NCBI GenBank assembly: GCA_963836565.1 | Contig: CAWIKA010000005.1 | Span: 557,685-621,684 of the forward strand | Origin: an uncultured Acidobacteriaceae bacterium | GTDB lineage: Bacteria > Acidobacteriota > Terriglobia > Terriglobales > Acidobacteriaceae | Length of the DNA stretch: 64,000 nucleotides | Reading direction: 5' to 3' | Part shown: piece by piece, positions 49,958 to 60,551 of the stretch | Position numbering within the stretch: the first letter of the stretch is position 1 | How the letters are laid out: each line of letters opens with the position of its first letter | Notes under the pieces: generated by a model | What the model was told of the DNA's origin: nothing | Databases searched by the model: none | The model's input: only the letters and a program-made list of their open reading frames with translations | Made by a program: the position numbers and the translations under genes

Positions 49958-51714
49958 ATGCTGACGATCTCAAAACCGCTCTCTGCAACCCAGGCACAGA
50001 CCTATCATGCCAAGGAGTTTACTGCCGCCGAGCAAAATTATTGGAAGGAGCACGATACCATTCAAGGGGAATGGCGCGGCAGGCTGGCCGAAAAGTTCGG
50101 CCTTGCCGGTGCGGTGGGAGCCGAGGAGTTCACTCGTCTTTCCGAAGGCCGGCATCCGCAGACCGGCGAGCAGTTGGTACGCCATCGCGCCGTGCATCAA
50201 TATCAGACCGAAGACGGCCGGACCGTAGCTCCGGTTGAGCATCGCGCCGGCTGGGACGCAACGTTCAGCGCACCCAAGTCTGTCTCGCTGACGGCGCTTG
50301 TCGGCGGCGATGACCGTGTGCGCGAGGCCCACCGGGAGGCTGTCGCTGTCGCCTTGAATGAATTGGAGCGGTACACACAGGCCCGCATCGGCGGTAATCA
50401 TGCTGCCGAAACCACCGGGCAGTTTATCGCCGCCACCTTCGAGCATGACACCGCTCGTCCGGTGGACGGCTACGCCGCGCCACAGTTCCACACGCACGCG
50501 GTTGTTTTCAATATGACGGAGCGCGAGAACGGAACCATGCGCGCATCGCAACCGAAAAGCCTCTTTGAGAGCCAGCAGTTTGCTACGGCCGTCTATCAGT
50601 CCCATCTCACATACAAACTGCGCTCTCTCGGCTATGAGATCGAGTCCGGCAAAAGCGGAGCGCCGGAGATCAAGGGCTACTCGCAGGAGTATCTTGATGC
50701 GTCCAGCCCGCGCCGTCAGCAGATCGTGGAGGCCGTCGCGCGAAGCGGATTCAGCGGGCCGGATGCCGCGCAGATTGCGGCGCACAACACCCGCGATGGC
50801 AAGCAAATTCTGTCTCCCGCCGAGGTCATGGAGGCGCACCGCTAGATTGCCGCCGAGTTCGGCAATCAGGCCGATACTGTCGTGGCCGCAGCGCATGAAC
50901 GCCGGCAGAGCCAGACGCATGAGACACCGGCAGCGGAGCGGACCCAGAAGGCACATTCCGCCGTGACCTTTGCCCGCGACCGCAGCTTTGAGCGCGAGGC
51001 CGTCATGGATGAGCGTGCTATCTTCGTCGATGCCATGCGCCGCGGGATGGGAGAAACGACATACCCGGAGGTGCGGGCCAGCTTCGAGGCACGTATCGCC
51101 TCCAGCGAGTTCCGCATCGTTGCCAGTGAAAAACACGGTACGGGCCGCCAGTTCACCACGGCGGAGACAATTCGAGCGGAGCGTGAAGTCGTAAAGACGA
51201 TGCAGGATGGCCGGGGCCGCACTCCCCAACTCGTATCCATTCAACAGGCCATACCGCTTACCGAGGCACGCCCGCTGCTCAACCAGGCACAGCGCAGGGC
51301 CATCGAACAGGTGCTTACATCACGCGACCGGATACAGGGATTACAGGGTGTCGCCGGCGCCGGGAAGACGACAACGCTGGTCAGCATCCGCCAGGGCGCG
51401 GAGCAGAGCGGCTATGTGGTCGAGGGCTTCGCTCCGACCAGCCGCGCCGCCCGCCGGCTCCGCGACGCGGGCATTGCCGCCGACACCTTGCAGGGCTTTC
51501 TTGCCCGGACCGGAAAGACGGACCCGGCAGTGAAACATCTCTACATGGTCGATGAATCCTCGCTGGCATCGACGCAACAAATGCGGGAGTTTCTTCGGCG
51601 GATCGGCCCCCAGGAAAAGGTGCTGCTTATCGGGGATTCCCGTCAGCACCAGGGCGTCGATTCCGGGAAGCCCTTCGAGCAGTTGCAGCAGGCCGGGATG
51701 CAGGCGGCGCAGCT
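49958..51714 (+). pseudogene. MOBF (TrwC-type) relaxase-helicase with internal stop and 3' truncation
   Basis: MLTISK, NYW, GWDATFSAPKSVS, FEHDTAR..PQFHTH. TAG at 50843-50845 is followed by an in-frame continuation with GVAGAGKTT and VDESSL; homology ends at GMQAAQL. Confidence 0.92.
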
Positions 51715-52416
51715 CTGCCCCGCAACAAGTACACCGCGATCCGCGACGAACAGCCGAAATCGAAAGACGAGGCCAAGCGTCCCGAATTCAAGGTGTGCAA
51801 GTACGCCGCCGACGCCATCATCACCGAGGGGAGCGATGTGGGCACGGTCCACAAAGTCTGCGCGAATCCCGCCTGCCCCATTCACCACACGAAGAAGCAG
51901 ACCCGTGCGGGTGAAAACGACGCGCAGATCAAGGCCGACGAGGAGAAGCGGCGCAGGGAGGAAGCCATCGCCAATTCGACCGGCCTTCGCGTTCTCACGG
52001 CGATTGGCGCTGCGGTTCCGGTGCGGCTCATGAAACGTGACCTCTTGTTTGTGGCGGAACATCTGGCGAACATGCTGGACGACAACCGTCTCGCCATTCT
52101 TGCAAAGCAGCACGGCATCCGGCAAAAACGGGATGATGGCGGAGTTGCCAAGACCCTTGCGGCCTTTCTTCGCCGCGCCGACGAAAGCACCCTCGGACGT
52201 GCCGTGGTTCAGTCGATCGTTCTTCTCACCGCCTCGCGTGGCAACGCCTCGCAGGCTTTGCGCGATGCGGCCGCGGCTTACAAGGTGGACACCGACGCCA
52301 TCGCCGCAACTGTCAAGCAGGAGTTCGCCGCGAAAGAAAAAGCCGCGAAGAAGGCCACGGCGAAGCCCCCCGTCAAAGCGCAGACGAAGCCAGCCACAAA
52401 GTCGGCAGCGGCATAA
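51715..52416 (+). pseudogene. C-terminal fragment of an ICE ParB/Spo0J-like protein
   Basis: Frame LPRNKY...KVCANPACPIHH...RREEAIAN...KVDTDAIAATVKQEF begins abruptly at the relaxase truncation. Family call is from recollection of acidobacterial ICE proteins. Confidence 0.6.
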
Positions 52417-52507
52417 TTATCCACCCGACCAGAACACTGTGCGGAGCCTGCAAGATAGGCTCCGTATTTTTTATGTTCGCCTGCCCGTTTGCCCTCCCTC
52501 ATGCGTG

Positions 52508-52529
52508 GCTCCTGCCATCTGGCAGGAGC
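52508..52529. terminator. GC-rich hairpin downstream of the ParB-like fragment
   Basis: GCTCCTGCC-ATCT-GGCAGGAGC; no clear U-tract. Confidence 0.45.
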
Positions 52530-52541
52530 AGCATTCTCAAG

Positions 52542-54393
52542 GTGAGTAGGCCTGAGGACTTTCACCCCAAGCCCCTCGCAGAACCGTGCGTAAATCTCTC
52601 GATTTACACGGCTCCCATTATCCAACCGAATATCTGGTAACGTTCCAGTAGAAAAACATCTGAGGGAAGCAGTTCTTCATCTTGATGAGCCATTGCACAC
52701 TGGCCTGCTCTCGCCGCTCCAGTGTCTGGTATTTGCGTCTGGCCCATTGCATCAGCTTGCCATCGAAATACATGGCGAAGCTGTGCATCGCCGATGGGTA
52801 GAACTCCCCGAAGTAATTCCACCAGCCACGTAGTACCGGATTGTATTGCTTCGCCAGTTCAGCAAGTGTCGTTGCTGTCCGGCGATGGATGCGCCAGCCC
52901 CGCACCTCCTTCCGCATTCGCTTCAGAGCATCAACACTCACGCCCGGCGTAAAGCTTGTGAATCTCCGGCCTTGTCTGTTGACAGCACGCCTTGGACGAA
53001 ATGTAAATCCAAGGAATGTGAACTGAACATGCGGATAAGAGGCATTGCGGCCACTGCTCTTGCAGTACACAATTCGCGATTTCTCCGGGTGCATCGTCAA
53101 CCCGCATTCCGTCAGTCGCAATGCGATGGACCGCATTACTTGTTCTGCCTGTTTCCGATTTCGGCAGTGAACCACAGCGTCATCGGCGTAACGGGCAAAC
53201 GGACATGATGGATTGGTGCGTTGCATCCAGACATCGAACGCGTAGTGCATGAACAGGTTCATCAAAATCGGACTGACGACTCCGCCTTGCGGTGTGCCTC
53301 GTTGCCGCGACACCCGTTCGCCGTCTGTGGTCTCGAACGGAGCGGTTAGCCACCGTTCGATATACAGCAGTATCCAGTCCTCCTTGATGTGGCTGCGGAC
53401 CGCTTTCAACAAGAGGCCATGATCGATTTGATCGAAGGCTGACTTGATGTCAAACTCCACCACCCATGCGTATTGCCAGCACCGTTTTCTGGTGACTGCC
53501 ACCGCCTGTTTCGCCGACTTACCAGGCCGATACCCATAGGAATCCTGATGGAATAACGGGTCCAATGTCGGTTCGATGATGCGCTTGACCACGGTCTGCG
53601 CAATGCGATCAGATACAGTCGGAATACCGAGCTTTCTCGTGCCGCCCTTTGCCTTCGGAATTTCAACCTGTTTCACCGGAGGCGGGAAGTACGACCCCGA
53701 CGACATCCGGTTCCACAGTTTGTACAAATTCCTCGACAGGTTCTGCTCGAACATCGCAAGGGTTTCCCCATCGATGCCGGCAGCGCCCCGATTGGCCTTG
53801 ACCTGCTGGTATGCCTCCCATACTGCGCGCTTCGCAATAACATACGGTTTCGTTGATGTCATATCACTCATCCCCATGAAACAGGTTGGCGATACTCGTC
53901 AACTGGATAACGCTGCCCCTTCGCTCCACCCTCATTACAAGAGCTTCATGGCTACTACGAGCAGCTCCGTCCCTTGCTCTGGCATCGGTATTCTTCCTCA
54001 TGGTGTTTGCCATTTGTCATTTCCCTTCTCATCCAGAGCAAAGTTCTCACGTTCCGTACCAAAGCCTGTGTTGAGTTCATGCCGCCTTTACACCGACTGC
54101 CACCGGGACCGTAAGCAGGTTCCTTCCCGGCTAATCATGGAGCAGGTGGGCTCCCCACTTTTGGCAGTTCCTTAACCCGTAACGATGCGTCATCGGCCGG
54201 TTTGCTTTCGCTCATCTCCTCAACACGTACCTGACCTCCTGATCGGAAGTCTTTTCCCCAGTTGTTCACTACCGCGCCTTTTGAACGCAGCAGCACTGGG
54301 CGGTTTGAAGCCTGCTCCTGCAAGCCGACTTCGGGAGGCCTACTCCCATCTTTGGTACAGCACCGCGAGCTTGCGCTCGCGTTCGTGACACAC
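52542..54393 (-). mobile_element. Group II intron, RmInt1-like (bacterial class D), 1,852 nt
   Basis: 5' end GTGTGTCACG at 54393; domain V GGGAGCCGTGTAAATCGAGAGATTTACGCACGGTTCT; domain VI ending CTACTCAC at 52542. Confidence 0.92.
52618..53862 (-). CDS. ltrA: Group II intron reverse transcriptase/maturase (no endonuclease domain)
   Basis: KANRGAAGIDG, LGIPTVSDR, GTPQGGVVSP, RYADD, FTFLGF, maturase X domain NPVLRGWWNYF. Confidence 0.96.
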   Translation of the reverse strand: MTSTKPYVIAKRAVWEAYQQVKANRGAAGIDGETLAMFEQNLSRNLYKLWNRMSSGSYFPPPVKQVEIPKAKGGTRKLGIPTVSDRIAQTVVKRIIEPTLDPLFHQDSYGYRPGKSAKQAVAVTRKRCWQYAWVVEFDIKSAFDQIDHGLLLKAVRSHIKEDWILLYIERWLTAPFETTDGERVSRQRGTPQGGVVSPILMNLFMHYAFDVWMQRTNPSCPFARYADDAVVHCRNRKQAEQVMRSIALRLTECGLTMHPEKSRIVYCKSSGRNASYPHVQFTFLGFTFRPRRAVNRQGRRFTSFTPGVSVDALKRMRKEVRGWRIHRRTATTLAELAKQYNPVLRGWWNYFGEFYPSAMHSFAMYFDGKLMQWARRKYQTLERREQASVQWLIKMKNCFPQMFFYWNVTRYSVG

Positions 54394-54570
54394 CCCACCC
54401 AACGGGCACCGCCGCCGGCAAACGGCGCCGGGGAGCCTTTCGCACCAGGTTGCGGATGCATTTGAGCAGTGGCCGCTAAGAGCTGCTGCCACTGCAAAGT
54501 GTGTAGGGCAGCTTATATCTTCTTTCGGGGAATTGACCCGATAAGCATTTGTTCATCTCTGGGTTTCAGC

Positions 54571-55052
54571 ATGCGTATCCGCGCTGGAAAGTGTCTGCCT
54601 ATGACCTGCACCGAGGTCTTTGCCAGGTTTCGAAAGCCTCCATCCGCCTTCAGAGCGGGTGCGTTGGCTCAGAATCATCTGCGGTTCCGGATCAGTCCTG
54701 AGATGACAATCGCCTTGGGCACAACTGTTATGGCTGCCGGCGACTTCCTGCAAGGCGAGCACGTTGAGATCGAGGCCTGCGTCATCCCTGCCCAAACGAA
54801 ATGGATGCATACGAGCGGGTCCTGGGCGACGCCATGGCGGGAGACTCCACGCTGTTTGCACGACAGGATTACGTAGAGGAGGCCTGGCGAATCGTGGATC
54901 CGGCTCTGAAGGCCGAAACGCCTGTTTACAAATACGAGCCAGGAACCTGGGGTCCGAGTGAGGTAGATCAGATAGTTTCACCCGATGGAGGATGGCATAG
55001 CCCGATGATGGCGGAAGAGGATAATCCAAGGTTTATTGGGAAATCCTGTTAA
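54571..55052 (+). pseudogene. zwf: C-terminal fragment of glucose-6-phosphate dehydrogenase with frameshift near 54780
   Basis: IRAGKCLP..., then MDAYERVLGDAMAGDSTLFARQDYVEEAWRIVDP...YEPGTWGP. Confidence 0.85.
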
Positions 55053-55258
55053 CGAACTGATTCTTTTCATAGAGCACCTTCGGAACGGGCATTCGGACCG
55101 TTCCCTTTTGGAGAAGACACACAAAGCTCGAAATATTTGACCAAGCCGATCTTGCGGCGCGAGCCGGCGCGACGATGATTGTGGGGGACACCAGCACAGC
55201 GATCGCCGCGCTCCTTTGGCCAGCGTCCGAGGATTTTGCGCTGGGTCAACCGTTAATT

Positions 55259-56191
55259 GTTGTGTACTGGCAGCTAGCTGAGATGGGTATTCCGTGCGAG
55301 GTTGTGGCGCCCACGCTGGTACCGATCAAGGCGGGCGATCGGGTGAAGACAGATCGGCGGGATGCGGAGAAGTTGGCGCGTTGCTACCGATCCGGCGATT
55401 TGACGGCAGTATGGGTTCCTGATGAAGGTTCCGAGGCTCTACGAGATCTGGTGCGTGCTCGTGAGGCCGCCAAGCAGGATCAGATGCGAGCGCGGCATCG
55501 GTTGAGCAAGTTCCTTTTGCGCTCAGGCCAGCGTCCACCAACCGGTGTGAGGCCGTGGACCCGGCCTTATCTAATCTGGGTTGCACAGCTACGGTTCACA
55601 CAGTCAGCTCAGGAGTCCACGCGGCAGGATTATCTACACGAGGTCGAGCACATGCGGGCACGAGTGGCACGTCTGGAGCAAGCCATCATGGAAGCAGTGA
55701 AGCTGGCCTCTCCCGCGTTACAACAAGTCATCAACGATCTGCAGGCACTTCGGGGTATCGCTGATATCTCGGCTGTGACCATTGCGGCCGAGCTGGGCCA
55801 GGTGTCCCGCTTTGGCAGTGCTCGGGAGTTGATGGGCTATTGCGGCGCGGTGCCGAGCGAAGACTCAAGCGGCAAGCGAATCAGGCGTGGGGGCATCACT
55901 AAAACTGGGAATGCGCATCTTCGACGAATTGTTGGCGAAGCAGCATGGAGCTATCGCCGGCCACCGTGCATCTGGTATGGCTTGCGGAGGTGGCAAGAGA
56001 GCATTTCGGAAGAGGCCAAAGAAATCGCGTGGAAAGCCCAACACCGCTTGCACAAACGGTACATGAAGCTGGGTGCAGCCGGAAAGCCACAAGGCAAGAT
56101 CATTACCGCGGTTGCTCGTGAGTTGCTGGGATTCATCTGGGCCATCGGAATCAGAGCAGAGACGATCGCCAACCAGCCAGCCGCAGCATGA
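55259..56191 (+). pseudogene. IS110 transposase lacking the N-terminal RuvC-like segment
   Basis: DRVKTDRRDAEKLAR, GAVPSEDSSG, GITKTGNAHLRR, AVARELLGFIW present; GLDVH and YEAG motifs absent. The ORF start at 55175 is unrelated sequence. Confidence 0.85.
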
Positions 56192-56283
56192 CAAGATCTA
56201 CCGAAAGACAAAAACTTTTCTAAGAAGGAAAAAGCAAAGACAGTTCATCGATGAATCGCGCCACACAACTCGAACACAGAGCC

Positions 56284-56454
56284 AGCAGCAGGCTGGGCAA
56301 GCACGAAGGAGAACCCTCGCTTGGCCTATGCGACAGGCTCGACCGGACTCGCGATAACAGTCAGAGGCAGCTCCCGACGGATCATGATTATGCGGTTCCG
56401 ACCCGCGAATATCAGACTGATCAATCGTCGCTAAAACCTGCCCAGGCTGCTGCT
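56284..56454 (+). ncRNA. Candidate IS110 bridge/seek RNA region
   Basis: Closing stem 56284-56299 with 56439-56454 (15/16 complementary); internal GGAGAACCCTCG, TATGCG, CCCGACGGA, CCCGCGAATATCAG. Boundaries inferred. Confidence 0.6.
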
Positions 56455-56716
56455 CGCTTTGTGCTCGGAGAACGGCAAAGGCAACTACAAAAACAACCCC
56501 ACCGATCCAGTGGAATTGACACGGTCACTCCATATCAGGCCAAAGGGCTCATTGAGCCATTCAAGTCGATCGGTGTTCTCGGCAAGTGGCCGTAAAACCG
56601 GCTACGGAGAGAAGTGACTTCCGATGTTGAGTAAGCATTGGAAACCATGTGGACGAGCAGCCGACGCACCGGGATCTAACGTACCCGCGTCTTCTCCACG
56701 ATAGTCTCTGTCGCTT

Positions 56717-57991
56717 TTAGCGGCTGCGGATGAGGACGGCTGTTGCATCGTCAGCTAGTTCCGCTCCAGCCCCGAAACGCCGGACTGCGGCGATAAGGCC
56801 GTCCACGCCGGCTGTGGGCTGCAGAAAGTGGTCGATGAGGCGAGCCGGCCCATATTCTTCCTCAGTGCTATCCGTGGCTTCTGTGATGCCGTCGGTATAC
56901 AGCAGCAATTGAGTGCCGGGGGTGAGCGTGATGGTGCACTGTGGATACAAGGACACTCCCAGGCCAAGCGGCAGGCCGGTGTCTAATTCCAGAAACGAAG
57001 AATGATGATTGATGAGCAGGGGAGGAAGGTGTCCGGCGCTGGCTAGGGTGAGCGTGCGAGAGCCGGCATCGAGCACACCGTAGACCATGGTGACGAACTT
57101 TCCAGTTGGAAGATCTTCCATGAGTACTCGGTTCAGATGTTCAAGGGTCTGCGCGGGCGAGGAATAGAGGGGAGCCAGCGAGCGCAGGATGGCCCGGGTA
57201 GCCGACATCAGGAGCGCGGCCGACATGCCCTTTCCGGAAACATCGGCCAGGGCTATGCCGTAGCGCTGGTCACCAAGATCGATGAAATCGAACCAGTCGC
57301 CTGCGACGGATCCCGCGGGATGCCAGGCCGTTTCAAAGGCGAAGCCCGGGATGAGCGGCACCGGCTTCAGAAAAAGCGCTTGCTGGATAGCGCGGGCCTC
57401 AGCGGACTCCCGCTGCATTCGTTCGCGCTCAGAGCGCTCGAGCCGGAAGAGGCGGGCGTTCTCAATGGCGATAGCGATGTGTCCGGCTAGCGCCTGAAGC
57501 ACCTTCAGTTGATCATCCGAGAAGGCGTCCGTCTGGTGATGGTCAATCAAAAGAACGCCGATGACCTGACCGTGGGTTTTGAGGGGGATGCTGACTTCAG
57601 AGCGAGTGGCTGGTTCGCAGACAATATAGTAGGGGTCTTGGCGGACGTCGCGGGCGTAGCGCATCTTGCCCGTAGCTGCCACATGGCCGACCATGCCTTG
57701 TCGGCCAATTTGCAGCCGGTCTCCCTTGCGGTACTGTGCGCAGCCACGCACTCCGTGTAGGACCATCTCGCCTGTATCGCTCGCGCGGAGCCATACCGCA
57801 ACCTCCACATTTCCAACAGAGTCGGCGATGTCATTGACAACGCGATCGAGCAGGGCGTCGAGATCGAGGGTGGAGGCGATCAGATTCGTGGCCCGTTGCA
57901 GCTTCATGAGAACTTGAACGAATTCGCCCGAGGAATGGATGCGCGGTGAGACGGCACGGCGATCCTGAGCGACGGCCGGGAAGGCGGCCAT
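56717..57991 (-). CDS. GAF + SpoIIE (PP2C, RsbU-like) phosphatase
   Basis: GAF with GRQGMVG and SEVSIPL; AGDWFDF, ADVSGKG, SAGHLPP, LYTDGITEA, DDATAV. Confidence 0.93.
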   Translation of the reverse strand: MAAFPAVAQDRRAVSPRIHSSGEFVQVLMKLQRATNLIASTLDLDALLDRVVNDIADSVGNVEVAVWLRASDTGEMVLHGVRGCAQYRKGDRLQIGRQGMVGHVAATGKMRYARDVRQDPYYIVCEPATRSEVSIPLKTHGQVIGVLLIDHHQTDAFSDDQLKVLQALAGHIAIAIENARLFRLERSERERMQRESAEARAIQQALFLKPVPLIPGFAFETAWHPAGSVAGDWFDFIDLGDQRYGIALADVSGKGMSAALLMSATRAILRSLAPLYSSPAQTLEHLNRVLMEDLPTGKFVTMVYGVLDAGSRTLTLASAGHLPPLLINHHSSFLELDTGLPLGLGVSLYPQCTITLTPGTQLLLYTDGITEATDSTEEEYGPARLIDHFLQPTAGVDGLIAAVRRFGAGAELADDATAVLIRSR

Positions 57992-58108
57992 AGGTCCCTC
58001 CTTTGAACCCACTGTATGGGTTACTCAGTAGATGGTTGAGCAGGGGTTGCGATGCAATCTCTTGAGTACTGAGCAGTCTCCCAGGACAGCTCGGAGCCAG
58101 TTCATCCT

Positions 58109-58207
58109 CTGACTTTCAAGTGCGAGCGTGGCGAGTGCCGACTTGATCCGGTTGGTAAAGCCCGTGGCGCTGTAGTGCTCGCGTACTTTGGTGTTCGTGT
58201 CGGTCAT
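58109..58207 (-). pseudogene. Short N-terminal remnant of a SAM methyltransferase-like gene
   Basis: MTDTNTKVREHYSATGFTNRIKSALATLALESQ, then unrelated sequence; family call from recollection. Confidence 0.4.
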
Positions 58208-58253
58208 GACGGTTGTCCTGGAAGAGTCGTTGATTGGGGGTGGCTGATCCCAA

Positions 58254-58778
58254 CTAAGACGCAACTGCGTTGCGGGTGAGGCCATGGGCTACTTTGGATT
58301 GGGGACGCACCAGCCAATAGAAAGCGACGAAGTGCGTGATCATCAGCAAAGGCACGTAGATGATCGGGATGACGTATGCGGCGCCCAACTGCCCTGCGAC
58401 ATAGGGAAGACCCGACCGGATCGCGTTGTAGTAGTCGACGAAAATGTCGGTCGCACCCACAACGTTGAAGGCGACGACGAATGACCAGAACAGTGGACGT
58501 ATCCTCGTCGTGAGAAGTGCAAGTATAGCCAGGACACCGGTTGCGAAGTCGCCGTAAGCGGAGAACGTGGCGAAACCAGCCGGCAGGTGAGGACCGACGA
58601 CGCCAGGAAGAAGAAAGACGAGCCCGAAGAAGCGAAAACTGTGCAGGGTCGCGATTGCGCGTTGTGCGCTGAAGCGATCCATCGACCGAAGCCTGGGCAT
58701 GATGTACGTGCCGAAGAGAAGCAGGGCTGCGACATAGCCGAGTACGAGTTGCGTTGGGAAGATTAATTGCGTGGACAT
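58254..58778 (-). CDS. Conserved membrane protein
   Basis: LHSFRFFGLVFL, AYGDFATG, FNVVGATD, IPIIYVPLL; GGAGG SD. Confidence 0.78.
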   Translation of the reverse strand: MSTQLIFPTQLVLGYVAALLLFGTYIMPRLRSMDRFSAQRAIATLHSFRFFGLVFLLPGVVGPHLPAGFATFSAYGDFATGVLAILALLTTRIRPLFWSFVVAFNVVGATDIFVDYYNAIRSGLPYVAGQLGAAYVIPIIYVPLLMITHFVAFYWLVRPQSKVAHGLTRNAVAS

Positions 58779-58821
58779 AGAACCTCCTTGTAGATCGGGA
58801 TTACAAGATTCCCGGATGAAC

Positions 58822-59763
58822 TCAAATGGACTCCGAACCGGCCACACTGGCAACGAAGGATCCGGCATTCGCGCGGAAGAACTGCTCCAGCGTTTGCGGA
58901 TTCCGGCCGGTAACTGCACGGACCGTATCGGTTGTCTGGCGCTCTTCCTTGCTATTCCGGAAGGATTGCCAGAGATGGCTGAGATGATCGAGCGCGTGCG
59001 GATTCATGCGCTCCTTCACTGCGTCAGCCCACTGCTGGTCGGTGATGGGCGTATAACGAATCGGCCGACCGACCGCCCTGCCCAGAGTTTCAACGATCTC
59101 CCGCACCGTTAGAGTTTCGCTGACCAGAGGGTATATGGTTTGCGGGGGCAAGCCAGGGTTGGCCAAAAGAGTTGCGGCTACGCGGGCCACGTCTTCGGCG
59201 CCGGTGAGAGGGATCACGGCACTGCCATCGCCCCACGGCAGAAAGACGGTGCTTTGGTCGGCCACGCTGCGGCTGGCAAGAGCGCGTACATTTTCGTAAT
59301 AGGGGGGCGCCTGAAGATGAACGGCCCCCACTTGCGCCCAGTCGAAGATACGATCCGCCAGGCGATGCTGCAGATTGCGAAAAGAAGGAGCGGTCTGGAG
59401 GTCGCCGAAGCCGGGAGCCCCTGGCTTGCCCTGATACTGCGAGTTGTTTACCACCACTTCCAACTGTGCATCGCGGGCTGCTGCAGCAAAGATGGTGGCT
59501 GCCTCCAGCAGCCCATCGGCCACTGGATAGGTAAAGTAAGCACGTTTCACTTCTCTCATCGCCGCCGCGAGAGAGGCTGCGTTGAGAAGATCGCCCTCAA
59601 TGAGTTCCGCACCTTGCCGGCGGAGTTCATCAGATCGGTCATCGAGCTTACGGACGAAGGCGCGAACGGGAATGCCTCGTTCTAGAAGAAGCTTTGCGAT
59701 GATGCGGCCCGTGGATCCCTGTGTACCGCCGGCGGCGCCTGTGACCAGAATCGGGTGAGGCAT
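58822..59763 (-). CDS. NmrA-like NAD(P)H-binding protein
   Basis: ILVTGAAGGTQGSTG, EGDLL, EDVARVAA, TVREIVE. Confidence 0.88.
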   Translation of the reverse strand: MPHPILVTGAAGGTQGSTGRIIAKLLLERGIPVRAFVRKLDDRSDELRRQGAELIEGDLLNAASLAAAMREVKRAYFTYPVADGLLEAATIFAAAARDAQLEVVVNNSQYQGKPGAPGFGDLQTAPSFRNLQHRLADRIFDWAQVGAVHLQAPPYYENVRALASRSVADQSTVFLPWGDGSAVIPLTGAEDVARVAATLLANPGLPPQTIYPLVSETLTVREIVETLGRAVGRPIRYTPITDQQWADAVKERMNPHALDHLSHLWQSFRNSKEERQTTDTVRAVTGRNPQTLEQFFRANAGSFVASVAGSESI

Positions 59764-59789
59764 GGGAGATTCTCCTTTTATGGCTATAG

Positions 59790-59866
59790 GATGATTCATA
59801 TCATCTAACGGATTCGCTTTTCTTCTGACGCCCTGCCGACTGCATTGTGGGATGATCTCGAGCATC
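59790..59866. promoter_or_regulatory. Two candidate TetR operators
   Basis: GATGAT-tcat-ATCATC (59790-59805) and GATGAT-ctcg-AGCATC (59851-59866) in the divergent intergenic region. Confidence 0.6.
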
Positions 59867-59878
59867 CTACAATCAGGC

Positions 59879-60454
59879 ATGCGATATCGACCCGAACATA
59901 AAGCTGAAGTCCACCGAAGGATTGTGAAGGACGCGTCGCGACGCGTACGCGCCGAGGGCTTGAATGGCGCGGCGGTTGCAGCAGTTATGCGCGACACCGG
60001 GCTGACCCACGGTGGCTTTTACAAACACTTCAAGAACAAGGATGAACTGCTCCTGGAGTCGCTGAGCGACGCTTTCCGCGACATCGGCGACACCCTGGTC
60101 CGCGCGGCTGAGCGGTCGCACCCCGAGTCCGCGTGGAAGGCCATTGTGAAGACCTATCTAAGTCTCGAATTCTGCGATCACCCCGAACGCGGTTGCCCGC
60201 TGCCGGCGCTTGCTCCCGAATTGTCGCGGATAGACCAGAAGATGAGGAAGCGGATTCTTCCCCAACTCGTGAACTATAAAGATCGAATGCTTCCCTTTAT
60301 GCCGGGCACGCGAATTGCGGACAAAGAGCGCGCTTTCTTCGTGATCTTTGCGACCATGGCCGGGACCATAGAAATCGCCCGCATGCTGCCGGAGCCGGCG
60401 TTACGGGAGAAGGTCCTGTCCGCCTCCAGAGATTTCCTTTTGTCCAGCTTTTGA
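59879..60454 (+). CDS. TetR-family regulator
   Basis: VAAVMRDTGLTHGGFYKHFKNKDELL; GCPLPAL. Confidence 0.95.
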   Translation: MRYRPEHKAEVHRRIVKDASRRVRAEGLNGAAVAAVMRDTGLTHGGFYKHFKNKDELLLESLSDAFRDIGDTLVRAAERSHPESAWKAIVKTYLSLEFCDHPERGCPLPALAPELSRIDQKMRKRILPQLVNYKDRMLPFMPGTRIADKERAFFVIFATMAGTIEIARMLPEPALREKVLSASRDFLLSSF

Positions 60455-60551
60455 ACTCCGAAGTCGAAACGGCATCAGGCCAATGCTCATGCGCTCACTT
60501 CATAGACGCGTAAATCCGCAAATGTTGCTGTCAGCTGTTTGCGTACAGGCC

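Larger units (their letters stand above)
55259..56537 (+). mobile_element. 5'-truncated IS110-family (IS1111-type) element
   Basis: Transposase homology from VVYWQL; long 3' non-coding end with TTGACA (56516) and GTCACTCCATATCA terminus. Confidence 0.82.

Noticed and set aside
49970-51244. 424-aa minus-strand ORF
   Set aside because: Antisense shadow of the relaxase.
54470-54482. GTGGCCGCTAAG as a degenerate right end
   Set aside because: 8-bp match only, without the upstream aaatggg..ccg context seen in R1-R3.
55175-55258. N-terminus of the IS110 transposase
   Set aside because: Lacks the conserved GLDVH/YEAG motifs; an unrelated in-frame fusion at a deletion junction.
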